From the IMG/VR virus record IMGVR_UViG_3300036766_002280, positions 54,803 to 118,802 of that record: DNA of 64,000 nt. The stretch is one strand, 5' to 3'. Made by a program: the position numbers and the translations under genes. This document shows, piece after piece, positions 46,570 to 56,494 of the stretch. Origin of the DNA: a virus (Duplodnaviria > Heunggongvirae > Uroviricota > Caudoviricetes). The notes beneath the pieces are model-generated. The model was given only the letters and a program-made list of their open reading frames with translations, did no database searches and was not told where the DNA came from. Each line of letters opens with the position of its first letter. Position 1 is the stretch's first letter.

Positions 46570-47550
46570 ATGTTTGACGTAAGAAAATTTTTAGCCTTTC
46601 ATAATATTGAGATTAGAGAAAAGGGTCATAACGTTGGTAAGGGCAACATAAATGTCTGTTGTCCTTTTTGCATTAAAAGTGGAAGGGGTGACGACGATTT
46701 TCATATGGGAATTAACCTGACTACGCTTGTTTACGGGTGCTGGAGGGACTCGGTTCATCGAGGTAGAAAAATTGAACGATTGGTCCGGGCTTTAATAGAT
46801 TGCTCTTATGAAGAGGCAAATACAATCGTTCATGGGGTTGCTCTGCTGGAGGAAACAGATTTTGCCAGTTTGACTAAAAATTTATGGAATGAAAACAACG
46901 AAGAGCAAGAGACGAAAAAAAATATAAAAAAGGACTTGATTTTTCCAAAAGACTTCGTTAATATATGTCCTTCGGGTTTGACCTCCAGATTTTATTCTTA
47001 CCTTCAAAGTAGAGGATTCGATGACGTTTCCTTGCTCATTAAAAAATACGAATTACGATGCTGCCTATCTGGAAAATGGAAAAATAGGGTTATTATTCCG
47101 TTGTTCTTTGAAGGGGAGTTAGTTTCCTGGACAGGTAGAAGTCTTTATGATGATGCTTTTTTAAGGTACCAAGATTTAAGCGTAGAAGAAAGTATTATTC
47201 ATCCTAAACAGTTTTTGCTCAATTACGATAATCTACTAAAAGGAGGTGAAATTTTATTCGTTTGTGAAGGACCATTCGATGCTTTGAAAGTTGATTTCTA
47301 TATGCCAGAAAGTCATCGCTCAACGTGCCTATTCACTAAGGCTATGACGGAGAATCAACTTTACTTACTTAGGAATCTAAGCAAAGTTTTTAAATGTGTT
47401 AAAATTTTACTTGACGAAGATGCTTTGAGTTCTTCAATTAATATAGCGGGAGAACTGGCCTTTCTTAAGAATGTAGAATTTTTGTCTTTACCTGATGAAA
47501 TCAAAGACCCGGGCAATCTCACAAAACAACAAGTGCTATGTCTTATGTAG
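46570..47550 (+). CDS. DNA primase (CHC2 zinc finger + TOPRIM)
   Basis: CPFCIKSGRGDDDFHM..GCWRDSVH and LFVCEGPFDALKV. Confidence 0.7.
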   Translation: MFDVRKFLAFHNIEIREKGHNVGKGNINVCCPFCIKSGRGDDDFHMGINLTTLVYGCWRDSVHRGRKIERLVRALIDCSYEEANTIVHGVALLEETDFASLTKNLWNENNEEQETKKNIKKDLIFPKDFVNICPSGLTSRFYSYLQSRGFDDVSLLIKKYELRCCLSGKWKNRVIIPLFFEGELVSWTGRSLYDDAFLRYQDLSVEESIIHPKQFLLNYDNLLKGGEILFVCEGPFDALKVDFYMPESHRSTCLFTKAMTENQLYLLRNLSKVFKCVKILLDEDALSSSINIAGELAFLKNVEFLSLPDEIKDPGNLTKQQVLCLM

Positions 47551-47563
47551 AAGGAATTATTTT

Positions 47564-48202
47564 ATGTTGTCCGCAATGCATCGTCCAAGAATTATTTTGT
47601 TTCAATCAAGTAGACCTAGAATTATTTCATTTCAATCTCATAGACCTAGAATAAAACAGTTTTGGTATAGGCCCGACTGGGAAGGGCTGTATAAGAATTA
47701 TGCTAGTAAGCAGATTGTAAATAACCTATGGAAGTATTCAAACATCGGCTATGGAGTAGATGATCTAGTCCAAGAAGCATGGGTTGTTTTCGAACGGTGT
47801 AAAACTAAGTATCAGGTTTTCGAAGCCAGACATTTTATGGCTTTGTACAAAAGAAGTCTTCATTCCAGGTTATACGACCTTGCCATAAAATCCTCTCAAG
47901 AAAATAACTTCGTTAGAGCTACAGAATCTATCGAAGAGTATTTGATAGAAAAGAGTGTTTATTCCTACAACGATGGTCCATTACGAGTTCTTTTGAAGAA
48001 AGCCCCAAAAGAAGTACAGGATGTTATGAAATTCGTTTTAGATTCCCCTACAGAATTTCTTGAGGGATTTTTATCTCGTTCCAAAAATCTATTAAGTAAT
48101 CAGGAGCTTTGTAAATTTCTAGGATATGATTGTCAAAAAATAAATCTCATAAAAATTTTTAAAGATTACTTCCGAAGTCCATCAGAAGATACGTATATAT
48201 AG
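47564..48202 (+). CDS. sigma-70 family (ECF-like) factor candidate
   Basis: Region-2-like DDLVQEAWVVFERC and a C-terminal HTH-like segment. Has three 33-bp tandem repeats at the N-terminus. Confidence 0.35.
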   Translation: MLSAMHRPRIILFQSSRPRIISFQSHRPRIKQFWYRPDWEGLYKNYASKQIVNNLWKYSNIGYGVDDLVQEAWVVFERCKTKYQVFEARHFMALYKRSLHSRLYDLAIKSSQENNFVRATESIEEYLIEKSVYSYNDGPLRVLLKKAPKEVQDVMKFVLDSPTEFLEGFLSRSKNLLSNQELCKFLGYDCQKINLIKIFKDYFRSPSEDTYI

Positions 48203-48247
48203 TTAAGAAGAACTAGTATAGTTTTTGATTTTTTGATGGAGGTAAGG

Positions 48248-48925
48248 ATGGGGATTAGAGCCGAGTTTGAGCAGCTAGTCAGCATGCGTCAGGGTAAGGC
48301 GCAAGATCTATACGATTACACTCTCTTACTGATCGAAGAGACTGATAAGTTCATTGGTACTGACGATGAAAAATTTAATAAGTTATCCAACGAAGCAAAG
48401 CTTTATTTAAACGATGCCGTAATAAGATACAATAAACGAGAACCTCTTCCCGCCCTTCCGCTTGAACCTAGTCAAATATCACCAGAAAAAGAAAAATCAC
48501 TAATTCCAGTAGAAGCCGTATCAGCAGAACCAAAATTAAAACTTTCCACTGCGGACGTTAGAAAAGTTATTTGTCAGAACACTTCTTTTTCCTTGGACAA
48601 TATCAAGCAAAAGTTAATTGACCAAGGAATTGATTTTAAAGCGTCAACCTTGAACACCCTTTATACCGACACCAGGTCAACAATCAAGGTCCTGTCAGTA
48701 ATGGGCAAACTCAAGATCGACCTTGAAATCAAACTAGAAGATAAGAAAACAAAAACTGGGTTGCTTCGTGAGATTATTTGTAGTCACGAAGATTTCAAAG
48801 TTAGTCAGATCAAGCAGGAAGCTCAAAAACAAAATTTAGATTGTCCTGATTCAACCATATCTGTTGTGTATTCCGATACCAAAGCAACTTTAAAAATTTT
48901 GCGAAGTTTAAATTTAGTTGAGTAA
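48248..48925 (+). CDS. hypothetical protein with internal duplicated ~60-aa module
   Basis: RBS ggaggtaaggATG. Confidence 0.45.
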   Translation: MGIRAEFEQLVSMRQGKAQDLYDYTLLLIEETDKFIGTDDEKFNKLSNEAKLYLNDAVIRYNKREPLPALPLEPSQISPEKEKSLIPVEAVSAEPKLKLSTADVRKVICQNTSFSLDNIKQKLIDQGIDFKASTLNTLYTDTRSTIKVLSVMGKLKIDLEIKLEDKKTKTGLLREIICSHEDFKVSQIKQEAQKQNLDCPDSTISVVYSDTKATLKILRSLNLVE

Positions 48926-48929
48926 CGAT

Positions 48930-49622
48930 ATGGGTAAATTCATAGACATGATAGGACAGATTTTTGATCGATTAACTGTATTGTCCTTCAGTCATTACGA
49001 TAAATGGGGAGCAGCGTGCTGGTTGTGCCGCTGTATCTGCGGCACAGAAGTTGTTGTCGCAGGGTACAATCTTCGAAGCGGAAATACTAGATCTTGTGGT
49101 TGTCTGAAAGTTGAATTAGCTATTGAACTTTCTACAACTCACGGATTATCATCGCATCCACTTTATAATGTTTGGGGGAATATGAACTATCGGTGTAACA
49201 ATCCAGATAACGAAGATTATCACAACTATGGTGGCCGAGCTGTTCCGATCGCTGTCTGCGATCGTTGGCATCAAGACAATCTAGATGGGTTAGTTAACTT
49301 TATTACGGACATGTATCCAACGGATAGGTTTGGAAACCAATACAAAGCAGGCTTGACCATCGAAAGAACAGAAAACAACTCAGACTACAACGCCGAAAAC
49401 TGCACCTGGGCCACAGCTAAGGAACAAAATAATAATCGAAGAGATACTAGGTTTATTACCTACCAAGGTAAAGAAATAACATTAACTCAGTTAATAGACG
49501 TAACAGGTACGAAGATTCCCAGAAGAATCTTATATGATAGAATCTTTGTACGGAAATGGCCTATCGAGAAAGCATTGTCAACACCAGTACAAAAACGTAA
49601 GAGTAATAAGAAAATAACTTAG
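48930..49622 (+). mobile_element. freestanding homing-endonuclease-like gene, copy 2
   Basis: MGKFIDMIGQIFDRLTVL...WLCRCICGTEVVVAG. Confidence 0.5.
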
Positions 49623-49634
49623 AGAAGTAATATT

Positions 49635-50234
49635 ATGAAAGAAAAATTTATACCAAAACTACTAGAACCTTTGAATGTTAATAATCCATTATTCAAAAAG
49701 TTGGAATCAATACATAGAATTAGATGCGAAATTCTGGGAATTGATTTAACTGATCCAGAGAATGAAAGAACTCCTTTTAGATGCGCTAAGGCAGATTGGG
49801 AACAATTTCAAGACCTACCTTTAAACTTTACTATTTTTGATAATCGTGGTTATGATGAAATGGTAGTGAAGCCAAACATACCTTTTGCTTCCTTTTGTCA
49901 GCATCATTTACTTCCTTATTTTGGATCATGCAGTATTGGGTATATTCCACATGAAAGTGTTTGCGGATTGTCTAAGCTAACAAGAATAGTAAAATCTAAA
50001 TCAAAAGGGGCTTCTTCGCAAGAATGGCTTACAGAAAGTATAATAGATTTTCTAGCAGGAAAACTTAATCCAGTAGGGATTATAGTAATTATGAAAGCAA
50101 GGCATACTTGTGAGACTTGCAGAGGGGCATTCAACGATCATGAAGATAGTCATTTTATTACCTCTGCGGTAAGAGGGGTTTTCAAGGATGATGTGAATGC
50201 CAAATCAGAATTTTTGAGTTTACTTAGACTATGA
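49635..50234 (+). CDS. folE: GTP cyclohydrolase I FolE
   Basis: FCQHHLLPYFGSCSIGYIPH. Size 199 aa. Confidence 0.8.
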   Translation: MKEKFIPKLLEPLNVNNPLFKKLESIHRIRCEILGIDLTDPENERTPFRCAKADWEQFQDLPLNFTIFDNRGYDEMVVKPNIPFASFCQHHLLPYFGSCSIGYIPHESVCGLSKLTRIVKSKSKGASSQEWLTESIIDFLAGKLNPVGIIVIMKARHTCETCRGAFNDHEDSHFITSAVRGVFKDDVNAKSEFLSLLRL

Positions 50235-51103
50235 AAAATTCTATGACCCCAGAAGAATTATATCAGACTTACCCACCTCAAAAGAATTTTAGACTTCTTC
50301 TTGATTCAGGAGCCTATACTGCTTGGACGAAGGCAAAAACAATCGATATTGATGAGTACATCAGTTTCCTTAAAAAGTTTGATCCTTACATGGAATGTTA
50401 TATTAGTTTGGATGTTATTCCAGAAAAGTTAGGACATGAAGAAGTAGAATTTTCTGCCCAAAAAAGTTATGATAATTATATGTATATGCGGGAAAAAGGA
50501 TTGGCTCCTATACCAGTATTCCATCAAGGAGAAAAGTTTAAGTGGTTGGAAAAGATGCTTGAAGCTGGCGCAGATTACATTGGAGTTTCTCCAATGGACG
50601 ATATGGTAAACAGAGTTAAACTAGATTGGTTCGATGCAGTCTTTGATCGTTTGACAGATTCTACTGGGGAGCCAGTTATCAAAACTCATGGATTTGGATT
50701 GACATCCACCTTTCTTTTACTACGTTACCCGTTTTATAGTGTTGATTCTTCTGCCTGGTTAATGTTAGCTACTCATGGAGGAATCTACGTTCCTGTTAAA
50801 ACGAATGGGGAATATGATTATACAAAGTCAGCTAGCAGAATAAATATCTCAGATAGATCTTCTTTCAAAACAAAAAGAGAAATGCATTATTTGACTTTGA
50901 ATGAATATGCAAAGGTAGAGATAGATAAGTATTTTGCTTTGAAAGGATTTACTTTCGAAGAACTTGCGACTGACTATAAAAAGCGATGTGAGATAAACGC
51001 AGTTTATTTCCATGACTTTGAAAACGCTTTACCAGATAGAAAATTTAATAAACGGTTGATTCGTTCTAAAATAAAACTAGGGGTAAGTGAAGTCCAGACA
51101 TGA
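50231..51103 (+). CDS. dpdA: DpdA-like tRNA-guanine-transglycosylase-family protein
   Basis: TIM-barrel TGT-like LLLDSGAYTAW (DSGGFQ-like). Located next to FolE. Confidence 0.55.
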   Translation: MKNSMTPEELYQTYPPQKNFRLLLDSGAYTAWTKAKTIDIDEYISFLKKFDPYMECYISLDVIPEKLGHEEVEFSAQKSYDNYMYMREKGLAPIPVFHQGEKFKWLEKMLEAGADYIGVSPMDDMVNRVKLDWFDAVFDRLTDSTGEPVIKTHGFGLTSTFLLLRYPFYSVDSSAWLMLATHGGIYVPVKTNGEYDYTKSASRINISDRSSFKTKREMHYLTLNEYAKVEIDKYFALKGFTFEELATDYKKRCEINAVYFHDFENALPDRKFNKRLIRSKIKLGVSEVQT

Positions 51104-51333
51104 AAACAAGAATTTATTTAGTAACAGGATTTTGTAGGCAGCATAATAGGGCTTTAACGCTGGCTAAAGCGCAGCATCGATTGTTATCCTACTATTACCA
51201 TAAAGAAGGTAAGATCAAGGACGATCACATACCTATTTACGTAAATATCGGGTATGTTGACAGAAGTATCAAAGATGAACCAGAGATAGTCGATCCTGAT
51301 CAGGAAGTCAAGGATTTGGAAACAGCAAGATGA
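51100..51333 (+). CDS. hypothetical protein
   Basis: ATGA overlap with dpdA. Confidence 0.4.
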   Translation: MKTRIYLVTGFCRQHNRALTLAKAQHRLLSYYYHKEGKIKDDHIPIYVNIGYVDRSIKDEPEIVDPDQEVKDLETAR

Positions 51334-51431
51334 CTCCTTTGTACAAAACTAAATTCGTTTTAAATGCTTTAGAAGTGGGTCAAATCAATATTAACTGATG
51401 CAGTAAAAAGTTTCATACAGGGGGAAATCAA

Positions 51432-52493
51432 ATGATCAGAGAAGAGTTGTTAAAGAAGTTAAATTATACCAAGTCCTGTCTTTCTAATCAATCACAGGTT
51501 CCTGTTCTTTCTCATTTTTGTTTTGATGATACAAAGATCATGACCTTTAATGGGGCTCAAGGAATTATGGTAGATTTCAATTCCGGAGTTAAAGGATGTA
51601 TTCCTGGTGATATGCTTTATAAATTGATTAGCAGTTATGCTAGTCCGGATATTAAAATGATTCCTGCAGATAAAGAAGTAACTGTTGAAGCAAGCAACTC
51701 TTCGATGAAGTTAAAAACTTTGCCACAAGCAGATTTTCCTTTTAAGATGCCTGAGTTGAAAGATATTCCATCGTTTGAGATTACTCAAGAATTTTTTCAG
51801 GGTATTTCTAAATGTTTGTTCGCATCAGGAGATGATGCTTCAGAGTTGATGCAGTTTGGGGTTACCTTGGTAGTAACGGCAGAAAGATCTGCCCTGTATG
51901 CTACTGACAAAAAAAGAGTTTCCAGATTTATTCTTTCCAAGGCATTGGGTATTACTCCGTTTAAATTGATTATGCCTAAAACATTTTGCGAACTCTTGGT
52001 TAAGGTGTCTTCAGATTTCAATTCTGGAACAATCTATGTTGGGGATACTTTTATTTTTCTTCAATGTAGTGGAGTGGGATTGTATTCAAAATTTGTTAAG
52101 AATGCCCCACTTTTTGATTTTGAAAACCATTCTTTCCCTTATGAGTCGAATGATAAAGTAAAGTTTCAAGCAGTGCCAGATTCTTTCATCAGCTGTGTAG
52201 AAAGAAGTTTAATTCTGTTATCAGGAGAAATGGACTTAGAAATTTGTGCAGAAATTTCAGGGACAATTCTTTTGCTTAGCACTAGAAATAGTTTTGGAGA
52301 AGTTAACGATCAGATAATTTTCAAAGAAGATATGGGAACATTGGGTTTTAAATGCAATCCTGAATTTCTAAAACAAGCCCTATCTTCTATCGATCAAATT
52401 TTCTTTATGAGAACCATCGGTTCGGATGGGCTTAGCGTAGTATCTATTTCAGGACGTAAGGATAATTTTGTCCATGATCTTCATAGCTTCTAA
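51432..52493 (+). CDS. sliding clamp (beta-clamp-like) candidate
   Basis: 353 aa, located beside the polymerase and clamp loader. Weak direct similarity. Confidence 0.4.
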   Translation: MIREELLKKLNYTKSCLSNQSQVPVLSHFCFDDTKIMTFNGAQGIMVDFNSGVKGCIPGDMLYKLISSYASPDIKMIPADKEVTVEASNSSMKLKTLPQADFPFKMPELKDIPSFEITQEFFQGISKCLFASGDDASELMQFGVTLVVTAERSALYATDKKRVSRFILSKALGITPFKLIMPKTFCELLVKVSSDFNSGTIYVGDTFIFLQCSGVGLYSKFVKNAPLFDFENHSFPYESNDKVKFQAVPDSFISCVERSLILLSGEMDLEICAEISGTILLLSTRNSFGEVNDQIIFKEDMGTLGFKCNPEFLKQALSSIDQIFFMRTIGSDGLSVVSISGRKDNFVHDLHSF

Positions 52494-52501
52494 GGTGGCA
52501 T

Positions 52502-55132
52502 TTGGCTTTCTTTTTTGCTTCAAGAGCAACAAAACAGGTGGAAGTCAATACTCCCTTACAGAATTTTTCCTATCAGCTTCAGTGTAAGGTTTGTCCTTTA
52601 GATAAAGCTCATCAATCTAAAATGATGGCATCAGGAAGTTTGGATCCTGATGTGTATTTTCTTGGTATCTCTCCCTCACAAATAGATTACGAAAAAGGAT
52701 CTCCGTTTATGGACGAAGAGGGATTCTTTATTCGGAATATGATTAAAAAATTCTTCGAATCTATTTACTACCCAGAAGAATGGACTTCTTTTAGCCAGCA
52801 GGATATGAAAATAACTGGCAAGCCTTTTGCATCTAAAGTAAGATTTAACAATTGTCTTAGATGCGATAAGGATGGTAATCCTACCGAACATGAGATCAAT
52901 TGCTGCAAAAAGTTTTTAGAGGATGATGTTGAAAAAACGAAGCCTAAAATTATTATTGGCTTTGGAGAAATACCGCTTAAGACTGTTGTAAAAGTAAATG
53001 GAATAGGGGACTGGAGAGGAAGAAAGGTTCCAGTTAAAATTGGAAGTCATACTTGTTGGTATTTTCCAATTCAAGATGTAGCTCCTATACTAGATCGTAA
53101 AAAGAAATCAAAGTTTCCTAGTTTCAAAGACGATTGGGAAAAGTTACTTGAATTCGATTTTAAGCGCATAGCAGAGTTCCTACGTTATCTACCAGCTTTT
53201 CCTCCAGTCTTAGAAGACCCTTCAGCATTTGAAAAGAATATCACTATCAATTTTGGCAAGACTAAAGCAGATCTTGACCAAGTTAGATTAAAACTGGAGC
53301 ATTTCAAAAAGTTTCCTGACTTGGCTTTAGACATTGAAACGAATAGTAAGTTACGTCCTTATTGTGCTGATGGAAGAATTATAACAATGGCCATTGGAAC
53401 GTATGATGAAGTCTATGCCTTTCCGATAGAGCATCCTGATTGTTGGAATGGGGACTACACAGAAATTTTAGCTTTAGTTAAAGACTTTTTATTGAATTCT
53501 GGTGTTAAGATCTGTCACAACGTTAAGTTTGAATTGGAATGGTTGCTTTGGAAGTTTGGTAAGGATGTGCTATTCAAAACTAAATGGGGCTGTACCATGG
53601 CTCAAGCCTTTCATATCGATGAAAGAGTATCGAAAACAAGTGAAAGCATGTTAAGTCTGAATAGGCTTTGTCTATTGTATTTCGGATTCAAATTGAAGGA
53701 TCAAAGTACTGTAGATACAAAGAACATTCTTAGAAGTACTTTACAAGATATTTTGATTTATAATGGAATGGATGTCAAATATACTTATGGTATTTATAAA
53801 ATTCAGGGAGACACAATAGATAAGTCCTTGTATCCAATTTATGATCATAGTATTGATACGTCAAGAACTTTGGCTATCACTCAAAATAGTGGCATTCCTG
53901 TAAACCATGAGAAGGTAGCTTCGATATCTTTCAAGCTAAAAACTGAGATTGATAAGATATCCAATGAAATAAGTCTTTTACCGGAAGTAAAGCAATTTGA
54001 AAAAAATAGGGGAGCTTTCAATTTCGATAGCTCTGAGCATTTAGTAACTGTGTTTAGGGATATTTTGAAGTTAGAATCTGTGAAGTCTACAAAGAAGAAA
54101 GTAGATGGTTTCAGCACTGACAAAGAGGTTCTGGATATTTTTGCTGCTCAAGGAATTAAAATTGCCAAACTAGTTAAAGATTATAGGGAGCTAAACAAAC
54201 TAAAGTCTACTTATGTAGATTCCCTTCCTGCTTTGTCATCGTTTGATAAGAAACTGCATTCTAATTTCCATAATCTTTTTGTTAGCACAGGAAGGCTTTC
54301 AAGTGCCGATCCAAACATGCAGAATTTTCCAAAAAGAAAGAATTCGTATGTTAGAGAAGTTATCTATGCTCCTTCAGGGTATGTACTCTTATCTGCTGAC
54401 TATGGGCAGATAGAAGCCAGATGTATTGCTATGGCTAGTAGGGACAAAGTCTTTACGAAAATGATCTGGGATAATTACGATGTTCATATGGACTGGGCAT
54501 TGAAAGCAGTAAAAAGAAATCCTAGTTATGGAAAAGCATCAAGTGTATCTGAGTTTGAGAACGATAAGAAGCTGGCAAAGAGTTACAGAAGCTTGATCAA
54601 AAATAAACTGGTATTTCCCTGGTTCTATGGGGCTTCAAAGTATTCTGTTGCTAGGGATCTTGGCTTCTCTGACGAGGATAGAGATTATCTGTTTGATTTG
54701 TATTGGCAAATCTTCGAAGGAGTAAAAAAATGGCAGGAGAATCTTGTTTCTTTTTATGATCGTTATGGTTATGTTACTACTTTAACTGGTAGGAGAAGAC
54801 ACGCTCCTTTAACCAAGAATGAGCTTCTGAACGCTCCTATTCAGGGTACTTCAAGTGATATAGTGGTTAACGCCATGAACAGGTTGGGAAGGATTGCCTA
54901 TGAGACAGATCAACCTCATCTTCATCCAGTACTGAATATCCATGATGACTTGACCTTTTTGATACCAGTTAAAAGTTTAGAACAGGACATTGATATTATT
55001 GCTAGAGAAATGTGTACAGTTCCTTATGATTTTGTAAATGTTCCGATATCAATTGAAATGAGCGTTGGAAAAGATTGGTTTAAAATGGAAGAGTTAGAAA
55101 CGTTTGATTCTAGACAGTTTGAAAAATCATAG
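52502..55132 (+). CDS. family A DNA polymerase with 3'-5' exonuclease and N-terminal UDG-family-4-like domain
   Basis: Exo I LALDIETNS. Motif A LSADYGQIEARCIA. Motif C NIHDDLTFL. N-terminus VYFLGISPSQIDYEKGSPFMDEEGFFIRNMI resembles UDG family 4 (GEAPG..GxPFxGxxGxxL) with a degenerate active site. TTG start after aaggtgg. Confidence 0.85.
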   Translation: MAFFFASRATKQVEVNTPLQNFSYQLQCKVCPLDKAHQSKMMASGSLDPDVYFLGISPSQIDYEKGSPFMDEEGFFIRNMIKKFFESIYYPEEWTSFSQQDMKITGKPFASKVRFNNCLRCDKDGNPTEHEINCCKKFLEDDVEKTKPKIIIGFGEIPLKTVVKVNGIGDWRGRKVPVKIGSHTCWYFPIQDVAPILDRKKKSKFPSFKDDWEKLLEFDFKRIAEFLRYLPAFPPVLEDPSAFEKNITINFGKTKADLDQVRLKLEHFKKFPDLALDIETNSKLRPYCADGRIITMAIGTYDEVYAFPIEHPDCWNGDYTEILALVKDFLLNSGVKICHNVKFELEWLLWKFGKDVLFKTKWGCTMAQAFHIDERVSKTSESMLSLNRLCLLYFGFKLKDQSTVDTKNILRSTLQDILIYNGMDVKYTYGIYKIQGDTIDKSLYPIYDHSIDTSRTLAITQNSGIPVNHEKVASISFKLKTEIDKISNEISLLPEVKQFEKNRGAFNFDSSEHLVTVFRDILKLESVKSTKKKVDGFSTDKEVLDIFAAQGIKIAKLVKDYRELNKLKSTYVDSLPALSSFDKKLHSNFHNLFVSTGRLSSADPNMQNFPKRKNSYVREVIYAPSGYVLLSADYGQIEARCIAMASRDKVFTKMIWDNYDVHMDWALKAVKRNPSYGKASSVSEFENDKKLAKSYRSLIKNKLVFPWFYGASKYSVARDLGFSDEDRDYLFDLYWQIFEGVKKWQENLVSFYDRYGYVTTLTGRRRHAPLTKNELLNAPIQGTSSDIVVNAMNRLGRIAYETDQPHLHPVLNIHDDLTFLIPVKSLEQDIDIIAREMCTVPYDFVNVPISIEMSVGKDWFKMEELETFDSRQFEKS

Positions 55133-55164
55133 AAGAATCTTAAACTTAGAGAAAGGAACGTAAA

Positions 55165-55983
55165 ATGGAAAAATATTCTTTTGGAAGTCAAGTAACTGAT
55201 CATCAGGCAGTTATACTTAAAAATCCAGATATTCTGAATCCAATTAAATGTTTGAATCATGGTTTTGTTCGCTTGGTTGATTGGTTCGGGGATGATAAGT
55301 CTATTGTAGACGCAGCACGAGTTAGTTACAATAAACATGAGATAGTTAAAACAGAAGAAGAAGATAAAAAGTTAATCAACTATTTGTTAAAGAATTTACA
55401 TACTACTCCGTTTGAGATGATTTCTTTTAAGTTCCACTGCCGTATGCCAATCTTTGTAGCAAGACAGTGGATCAGACATAGAACAGCAAAAGTTAATGAG
55501 CTCTCTGGACGCTATTCAGTAATGAAGGATGACTTTTACGAACCAGATTTCGAGCAGATTAAGCATCAATCAAAATCCAATAAACAAGGAAGAGATGACG
55601 AAGCATTTTTTAAGGATGAGTACAAGGCAAGGTTTGTTGATGAGCTGAAGAAAGATCAGTCAACGGTTTATGCTCATTATGAATCCTATATCAACGACGA
55701 TATGGCAAAGGAGCTAGCTAGAATTAATCTACCGTTGTCGTTGTATACGGAGTGGTATTGGAAGATGGATCTTCATAATTTGTTTCATTTTCTTAAACTT
55801 CGTCTAGACAGCCATGCTCAGTATGAAATAAGAATTTTTGGGCAGGCTATGGCTCATCTGGTTAAGAAAGTTGTTCCACTTGCCTATGAAGCTTTCGAAG
55901 AGCATATTTTATATGCAAAGAAATTTTCAAGAAGCGAATGGCAGAGGATTTTAGAGATGAATCCAAATCTGAAAGGTTTGTAA
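55165..55983 (+). CDS. thyX: flavin-dependent thymidylate synthase ThyX
   Basis: RHRTAKVNELSGRYS (ThyX motif RHRxxxxxxxSxRY). Confidence 0.85.
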   Translation: MEKYSFGSQVTDHQAVILKNPDILNPIKCLNHGFVRLVDWFGDDKSIVDAARVSYNKHEIVKTEEEDKKLINYLLKNLHTTPFEMISFKFHCRMPIFVARQWIRHRTAKVNELSGRYSVMKDDFYEPDFEQIKHQSKSNKQGRDDEAFFKDEYKARFVDELKKDQSTVYAHYESYINDDMAKELARINLPLSLYTEWYWKMDLHNLFHFLKLRLDSHAQYEIRIFGQAMAHLVKKVVPLAYEAFEEHILYAKKFSRSEWQRILEMNPNLKGL

Positions 55984-55984
55984 A

Positions 55985-56473
55985 ATGAATATCAAAATAG
56001 ATGATTCATACTGGTTAAGAATAGCAACTACAATCGGATACGCCTCATCTTGTCGGGTAGGTATAGGAACGGTTCTAATTAAAAATAGAAAGATTGTAGG
56101 AACTGGATTCGTTGGAAGTATTTCAGGAGATAATCATTGTTCTGATGTTGGTTGTTTGATGGTAGAGAACTATGGTATCCAAGGATCTAGTAGTTCTGGA
56201 AAATCTTGCATTAGAACCATTCATTCCGAGTTGAATGCAATTCTTCATTCTAAAGAAAGAGGGGATACAGATGGGTGGCTGGAATGTTATACGACTTACC
56301 AACCATGTCTTTCGTGTCTAAAGGCTTTGCTAACAATTGGAGTTAGAAAGATAGTATTTGAAAAGCCATACAAAGATATTTGGAGAGATGAGTATATAAA
56401 AGAGTCTTACTTGTTTAAGACCGATTATGAAAGTGATGGAAGATCTTTAGTCAATATGTATATGTCTCCATGA
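55985..56473 (+). CDS. dCMP deaminase
   Basis: HSELNAI ... PCLSCLKAL zinc motifs. Confidence 0.8.
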   Translation: MNIKIDDSYWLRIATTIGYASSCRVGIGTVLIKNRKIVGTGFVGSISGDNHCSDVGCLMVENYGIQGSSSSGKSCIRTIHSELNAILHSKERGDTDGWLECYTTYQPCLSCLKALLTIGVRKIVFEKPYKDIWRDEYIKESYLFKTDYESDGRSLVNMYMSP

Positions 56474-56494
56474 TGAAAAGTTGAATAAGTTAAA

